Positions 59,074-64,000 of a stretch of DNA of 64,000 nt are shown piece after piece. Positions within the stretch are counted from its first letter, which is position 1; every line of letters begins with the position of its first letter. The DNA is from an uncultured Thermoleophilia bacterium (GTDB taxonomy: Bacteria; Actinomycetota; Thermoleophilia; UBA2241): NCBI GenBank assembly GCA_963717285.1, contig CAVQVW010000004.1, positions 28,494 to 92,493 on the forward strand, given 5' to 3'. The translations under genes and the position numbers were made by a program. The notes under the pieces were generated by a model. The model searched no databases, was not told where the DNA came from, and saw nothing but the letters and a program-made list of their open reading frames with translations.

Positions 59074-60149
59074 GGCTGCTGCTTCTCGCGGATTGCCTCG
59101 AGAACGGCGGTCTCGAACGACAGATGTCGCTCTTGGCCACGAACATGCCGGACGGTTGGGAGGCGCGTGTGTGGGCGTTGCAGGGCGGGGCGTTCGAGGA
59201 GTACCTGCTGGAAGCGGGGGTGCCGGTGCTCGTGCGCGAACGCCGGGGCCGCTTCGATCCAGTTCCCGCCGCTCGGCTCTGGCACGACATCCGCTCCTGG
59301 AGGCCAGACGTGGCACACGCCTGGAGCTGGATGTCGATGCTCGCAGCCGGGCCTGCGTGTCGCCGGCGCAACGTCCCGATCGTCGACGGCACCATCCAGA
59401 CCGGCGCCTACCGCCGCGAGCTTCTCGGGCTGAACCGTCTGGGCATGTCATTTGCGACGCTGGTGGCGGCCAATACGCAAGCCGGCCTCGATGCGTGGGG
59501 GGTCGCCAAGGCGAAAGGCCGGGTCGTGCACAACGGCTTCGACTGGTCGCGTATCCCCCAGCAGCGCCCAATCCAGCCGCACGACCCCACCGGCACCACA
59601 GTCGTGATGACCGCGAGAATGGCGCCAGAGAAGCACTATGACGTCGTCATCGCCGGCGCCCGCAGGCTGAACCGCGAACGCCGAGGCTGGCGCTTCATCC
59701 TGGTCGGTGACGGACCCGACCGCCGGCGCCTCATTGAACAGGCCTCCGATCTGGTCACCGAGGGCGTCGTCGCCTTCCCTCGACCCGGTCTCGAAGTGCT
59801 CGACCTGGTGCGAGACGCCGACATCGGCGTGCTCATGACCAACCCAGCGCTCGCCTACGAAGGCCTGTCCAACTCCATCATGGAGTACATGGCCCTCGGA
59901 CTGCCGGTGGTCTGCGGCGACGGTGGCGGCAACCCGGAGCTCGTCCTCAACGGCACGACCGGGTTCATCGTCCCGCCGGGCGACGCAGGGGAGCTGGCGC
60001 GGCGTCTTTCCTACCTTCGCGACCACCCCGGGGAGCGACAGGCGATGGGTGCCGCCGGCCGGGCGCGCATCCGCGACGAGTTCTCACTTAAGACCATGGT
60101 CGACGGGATGATGGCCGTCTATGAGGAGGCGATGGCCCGAGGGGCTTGA
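59070..60149 (+). CDS. GT4 family glycosyltransferase
   Basis: GGLER, HNGFD, ARMAPEK, EGLSNSIMEYMALGLPVV. Confidence 0.92.
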   Translation: MRLLLLADCLENGGLERQMSLLATNMPDGWEARVWALQGGAFEEYLLEAGVPVLVRERRGRFDPVPAARLWHDIRSWRPDVAHAWSWMSMLAAGPACRRRNVPIVDGTIQTGAYRRELLGLNRLGMSFATLVAANTQAGLDAWGVAKAKGRVVHNGFDWSRIPQQRPIQPHDPTGTTVVMTARMAPEKHYDVVIAGARRLNRERRGWRFILVGDGPDRRRLIEQASDLVTEGVVAFPRPGLEVLDLVRDADIGVLMTNPALAYEGLSNSIMEYMALGLPVVCGDGGGNPELVLNGTTGFIVPPGDAGELARRLSYLRDHPGERQAMGAAGRARIRDEFSLKTMVDGMMAVYEEAMARGA

Positions 60150-60150
60150 C

Positions 60151-61374
60151 TCAGCCTTCCTTCTGCCCTCGCGACGGGAGCTGTCGCCCGCGTCGCAAGC
60201 GGCCGGCGACGCCCGACCCGAAGCGAGCCGCGGACAGCGCCGAGGGCATAGGATCGTCCCAGCGGAAGTAGGGCAAGACCTGTCGATGCGCGATGCTCTG
60301 GAGCCATCCGGCGGTGCTCATCCTGCCGTCCGCGCGCAGGGCGAGGAAGCCACGCAGATCGGCGCCCGGGAACCAGTAGCGGAGCCCCAGCTCGTACTTG
60401 CGCCCCTTGAGCTGTGGACCAGGGTTCCCGACCAAGCGGTCGTACACGAAGAGCGCCAGGTCGTAGCCGCTGGCGACGAGCAAGGCGTTCGCCGCGGTGA
60501 AGCGAGCGTTGCACTCGATGACCTTCAACACGCCGTCTCTGTCGTCCCGCTTGAACTCGACGTTGCCCACACCGCGAAGGCCGGCGGACCGGAATAGTCG
60601 CAGCCCCAGCTCTCGCACCTCGGGGTTCCAGTCCGTGACGTGATAGCAGCCAAGACCTCGGCCCTCCGGAAAGCGCCTCACGACCCTCTTCGTGAAATCG
60701 CAGAGGGCCTCGCCGTTCTGGTCCACGTAGGTGTAGTAGCTGCAGAGACGGTCGTCGGGCCCGGGGATCTCCTCAAGAAGGACGAGTTCGAGGCCGGCCG
60801 CCTCGCAGCGCTCGTAGGCAGCGAGCAGATCGGCGTAGTCGACAGCGCGAAAGAACTTGTCGCCGAAGACCGCCTGGAACCTGTGGGAGTAGAGCGGCTT
60901 CAGAATCAAGGGATAGACGTACTCCTCGCGGCGCTCCTTGACGTCCTTCAGACTCTCGACGTGCCAGAACTGTGGCGTGGGCACCCCCGCCTCTCTCGCC
61001 GCCTGGTAGGTGGAGAGCTTGCTCAGCAGACGGCGCTGGGGCCCCGGGTCAGAGATGTCGAGCACGAACCTCTCGCCAAGCTCCTTGCGATGATCGATGA
61101 GGATCTCGATGCCGGCGTCACAACAGGCGAGCAGCACCGCTCCTCGAAGCGGCTCCGAGCGCGAGCTCAGAAGGTACTCCGCCCACACATCTTGAGGCGC
61201 ACCGCTTGGGAGCTGGATCGAACGGGCAAAACGCGAGCGCAAGCTGGGGGAGTCTTCAAGCAGGTAGACGTCGACGCCGTGCCGACCGAGACTCCTGGCC
61301 ACAGACAAGGCGTTCCCTGCCGCGCCGCCCATGAGTATGGCGGGCGGGAGGCCGCGGTGCTGCGCGCGACTCAT
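60151..61374 (-). CDS. ATP-grasp carboxylate-amine ligase (D-aspartate-ligase-like)
   Basis: ARSLGRHGV, SK, GVPTP, YPLILKP, EEIPG, NVEFKRD..DG.LKVIECNAR. Confidence 0.85.
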   Translation of the reverse strand: MSRAQHRGLPPAILMGGAAGNALSVARSLGRHGVDVYLLEDSPSLRSRFARSIQLPSGAPQDVWAEYLLSSRSEPLRGAVLLACCDAGIEILIDHRKELGERFVLDISDPGPQRRLLSKLSTYQAAREAGVPTPQFWHVESLKDVKERREEYVYPLILKPLYSHRFQAVFGDKFFRAVDYADLLAAYERCEAAGLELVLLEEIPGPDDRLCSYYTYVDQNGEALCDFTKRVVRRFPEGRGLGCYHVTDWNPEVRELGLRLFRSAGLRGVGNVEFKRDDRDGVLKVIECNARFTAANALLVASGYDLALFVYDRLVGNPGPQLKGRKYELGLRYWFPGADLRGFLALRADGRMSTAGWLQSIAHRQVLPYFRWDDPMPSALSAARFGSGVAGRLRRGRQLPSRGQKEG

Positions 61375-62453
61375 CCTGAATGCGCTCCAAGAAGCCGTTC
61401 CAGGATCAACCTCGCCACCCGTGTCCCGCCGTCGCGCTTCTTGTAGTGGTAGTGGTGGCCCGGCGTGGTATTGACCTCCAGGACCACTCCACCCGACTCC
61501 TCAAGCGGTACGGACGGATCGCCCGTGATGACGTCGACACCGGCGAGACGCGCGCCGACGGCGGCGGCTGCTACTGCGCCGGCCTCCGCGAGCGCGGGGC
61601 AGACCGCATGCAGGGCCGCCTCGTTGTCCTCCCGCCGATTGTCGTTGACCACCGTCTTCACCTGCACCGCTTCTCCAGCACCCGGTACCGACCCCATCCC
61701 GAGGCCCTGCCGGCGCAGGGTGTTGCGCAAGTCGTGGTCGACCCGGATGACCGTCTGGGCAGTGTCCATGCCTCCCCGCACGCGGGCGGCGTTCTCTACC
61801 TTCATGAGCTGCGCGATCGTCGACTTCCCATCCCCGCGCACCGTCGGTGGACGACGGTGGACCGCATCGAGAAGCTCGCCGTCGAGGTAGAGGAGGCGGT
61901 AGTTGCCGCCCGAGGCTTGCTCCTCGATCACGATCTGGCGAGACCAGGCCGCCGCTCTCGCCATCGCCCTGGCAAGCGGGCGCTCACCCGTGACGCCAGT
62001 CGTCACGCCGGCCCCGGCGGCGCTGTCGATGGCGGGCTTCACGACGCATGGTGCGCCGAGTGACTCGGCGAAGCTGCGAGCCTGGTCGAGCTGGTCGAGG
62101 CGACAGACGAGGTGTCGCGGCACCGGCAGCCCCGCCTCGCTCAGCAGCCGGTACACCGCCGGCTTGTCGCCGGCCAGTGCGAGGGTCACGGGGTCGTCGA
62201 GAGAGGTCAGATTGTCGCGCACCCGGATGGTCACTCCATCGCGCCCGATCTCGAGCATCCGCCCGCCAAGCTCCCTGACCGACGCGCCCACGCTGTCGGC
62301 CGCGTCCCTCCAGACAGCCTGGTAGAAGATGGCGCGCTGTTCCGTCATGGACGTACTCGCCGAGGCCCTGGCGAGCACCCGCCGCATGACGTTGTCGTAG
62401 AGGGCCAGGGGGCCGACCAGACGCTGCGTGATGTCAGGCACCGGGAAGGCCAT
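61371..62453 (-). CDS. ATP-grasp ligase, cyanophycin-synthetase N-terminal-like
   Basis: DK...GLPVP, VVKP...GAGVT, IEEQ..G.NYR, GDGKSTIAQL, AGVDVI, VLEVNTTPG. Confidence 0.82.
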   Translation of the reverse strand: MAFPVPDITQRLVGPLALYDNVMRRVLARASASTSMTEQRAIFYQAVWRDAADSVGASVRELGGRMLEIGRDGVTIRVRDNLTSLDDPVTLALAGDKPAVYRLLSEAGLPVPRHLVCRLDQLDQARSFAESLGAPCVVKPAIDSAAGAGVTTGVTGERPLARAMARAAAWSRQIVIEEQASGGNYRLLYLDGELLDAVHRRPPTVRGDGKSTIAQLMKVENAARVRGGMDTAQTVIRVDHDLRNTLRRQGLGMGSVPGAGEAVQVKTVVNDNRREDNEAALHAVCPALAEAGAVAAAAVGARLAGVDVITGDPSVPLEESGGVVLEVNTTPGHHYHYKKRDGGTRVARLILERLLGAHSG

Positions 62454-62675
62454 GTCAGGGCGCCGTGACGTAGGCGGTCTCACCATTCCACACGGATCGC
62501 GAGGACTCCACTGGCGCTCCTTCCGGCCCAGTCCCATCAGCGGGGCCTGCCGCGATTCTATCCTAGGCGCCTTCCTAAGCGACGCCGTCGCCATTCCCGC
62601 CCGTGCCGCAGCGTTGCCCACCTGCGTCGGCGGTCGCTGTCGACGGACGTAGGACACACGGGTAGACTCGTAGCC

Positions 62676-63773
62676 GTGCCAGTCATGCCTGCCCAAGCGC
62701 TCAGCACGTCGGTCTGCTATCCGGACCTCAGTGCCACCGTGCATTTCCGCAGTCCACCGCAGGGCGCCGCGGAGGAACTGCCCGGGCTCTACGGCAGCAT
62801 CTTCTCCACGGCAGCCTGGTTCCGGATCTTCGATGGCGCACAGGCGGACGGAGCGTGCATTCTGAAGGAACCGCGCCATGTCTTGTTCTTCTCCCTCGCT
62901 GACGACACGCTCGAGGTCCTGAACAAGGCGTTCCCGATGGCGCCCGAGGACGCCAAGCGGGCCTGCAAGACGCTCTTTCGCGCTTTTCCGCAGGCGCGGC
63001 GCATCCACCTCGAAGTGATGTTCCAGCCGCAGCGGCTAGAACTGCCTCTGCGAGTGCTCTGCTGGGCCGATGACATGGTCATAGACCTGCCAACGGCTGC
63101 CGATGACTACACCGAGATGCTGGGCAAACGCACACGCAAGAACCTCCGCAATGCCGCAAACCGGCTGCGCCGCGACCACCCCGACGTCACGACCCGTGTG
63201 TCCGTTGCCGGCGGCGACACCGACAGGCTGTTCGACAGGTTTCTCGAATGGCATCTCGCCAGCTGCGCGAGACGCGGCATAGAGTCCGGCTACGTGAGCA
63301 AGCCAGAGCAGGCCGCTCAGACGAGGGCCCTGATCGCAGAATCCGGCGAGGCACAGACGACGCTGATCGACGGACGCCCCACGGCGGTCGAGTTCCTCTT
63401 CTTCGTGGGAAACGAGGCCACGCTCTATGCCGGAGCGTACGACCCAGAGCACGGCGATCTCAGCCTCGGCTTCCTGTCCACCTACTGGGCGGTCCTCGAG
63501 TCCCTCCGCAGAGGTGCGCGCCGCTGTCATCTGCTGTGGGGGACGGACTACTACAAGGAGCGTCTCGGAGCTCACCCCCATCGGGCGGTGCGGCTCTCGG
63601 TATTCCGCTCACCGGCGGCTCGGCTTGCCTCTCTGGATGAAGCGCAGGAAGTAGCCCTGCGGAACCTTCGGCGCAACGGTCAGCACGAGTACTGGCGCGC
63701 CCGACATGCCGCCGGGCACGCACTGAGAGACCTGCGCGACCGGGCAGCAAAGGTCGCCCAGCATGGGGATTGA
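62676..63773 (+). CDS. GNAT acetyltransferase, CelD/BcsL (Acetyltransf_6) family
   Basis: LGKRTRKNLRNAANRL...AYDPEHGDLSLG...GTDYYKERLG. Confidence 0.8.
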   Translation: MPVMPAQALSTSVCYPDLSATVHFRSPPQGAAEELPGLYGSIFSTAAWFRIFDGAQADGACILKEPRHVLFFSLADDTLEVLNKAFPMAPEDAKRACKTLFRAFPQARRIHLEVMFQPQRLELPLRVLCWADDMVIDLPTAADDYTEMLGKRTRKNLRNAANRLRRDHPDVTTRVSVAGGDTDRLFDRFLEWHLASCARRGIESGYVSKPEQAAQTRALIAESGEAQTTLIDGRPTAVEFLFFVGNEATLYAGAYDPEHGDLSLGFLSTYWAVLESLRRGARRCHLLWGTDYYKERLGAHPHRAVRLSVFRSPAARLASLDEAQEVALRNLRRNGQHEYWRARHAAGHALRDLRDRAAKVAQHGD

Positions 63774-64000
63774 GATTGACCAGCGCCTCGACTTCCCCGA
63801 CCTCGGGGCACAGGTCTACCCGAATCACGTACCGGACGGCCTCGGCGAGGAACTCCCGGGCCTCTACAACACCCTGTTCAGCACCATCGACTGGTTCGAG
63901 ATCGAGGACGGCGCTACGGCGACGGGGGCGTGCATTCTGGAGCGACCTCGCCATGTGCTGCTGTTTCACAGACACGGGGGCACGATCGAGATCCTGAACA
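63763..64000 (+). CDS. Paralogous CelD/BcsL-like GNAT, truncated by window end
   Basis: MGIEIDQRLDFPDL...EELPGLYNTLFST..WF..DG...GACILERPRHVL matches the N-terminus of 62676-63773. Confidence 0.75.
   Translation, partial: MGIEIDQRLDFPDLGAQVYPNHVPDGLGEELPGLYNTLFSTIDWFEIEDGATATGACILERPRHVLLFHRHGGTIEILN

Noticed and set aside
61371-62453. Cyanophycin synthetase cphA
   Set aside because: Only the ATP-grasp half is present, with no Mur-ligase domain or cphB, so the symbol was not assigned

Overview
High-GC DNA, most likely from an actinobacterium (inferred from gene content and GC bias, not from a database search). It has three parts. (1) Positions ~831-27682 form a ~26.7 kb integrative element in the 3' end of a tRNA-Arg(CCT) gene. 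It has a tyrosine integrase, an excisionase-like HTH, a split primase/helicase module, a ParB-DNA methyltransferase, a small-terminase-like gene and ssb, but no capsid, tail or conjugation genes, so it resembles a phage satellite. Its cargo includes a proteasome-beta-like Thr-nucleophile domain fused to a HAF-repeat propeller, an island-borne exonuclease VII (xseAB) facing two PD-(D/E)xK nucleases, a degenerate orphan TrpA, HIT+HNH, lipoproteins, DedA, Usp and IS remnants. A 208-bp structured repeat brackets the xseAB/nuclease/TrpA/ssb block. The left border has arm-type repeats on both sides, which suggests a second related element continues left of the window. (2) Positions ~27.7-41.3 kb are housekeeping: glnA-nadE-lysC-asd-trxB-trxA, ileS with a GSHH signature, HAD, GtrA and GT87. 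(3) Positions ~41.3-64 kb are a surface polysaccharide locus: TagA/WecB, Wzc, Wzm/Wzt, many GTs, an Asn-synthase-like protein, two ATP-grasp ligases, GNATs, a deacetylase and a secreted beta-helix protein. Several single-base frameshifts, including one in ileS, point to sequencing indels. All family assignments come from motif recognition by eye.
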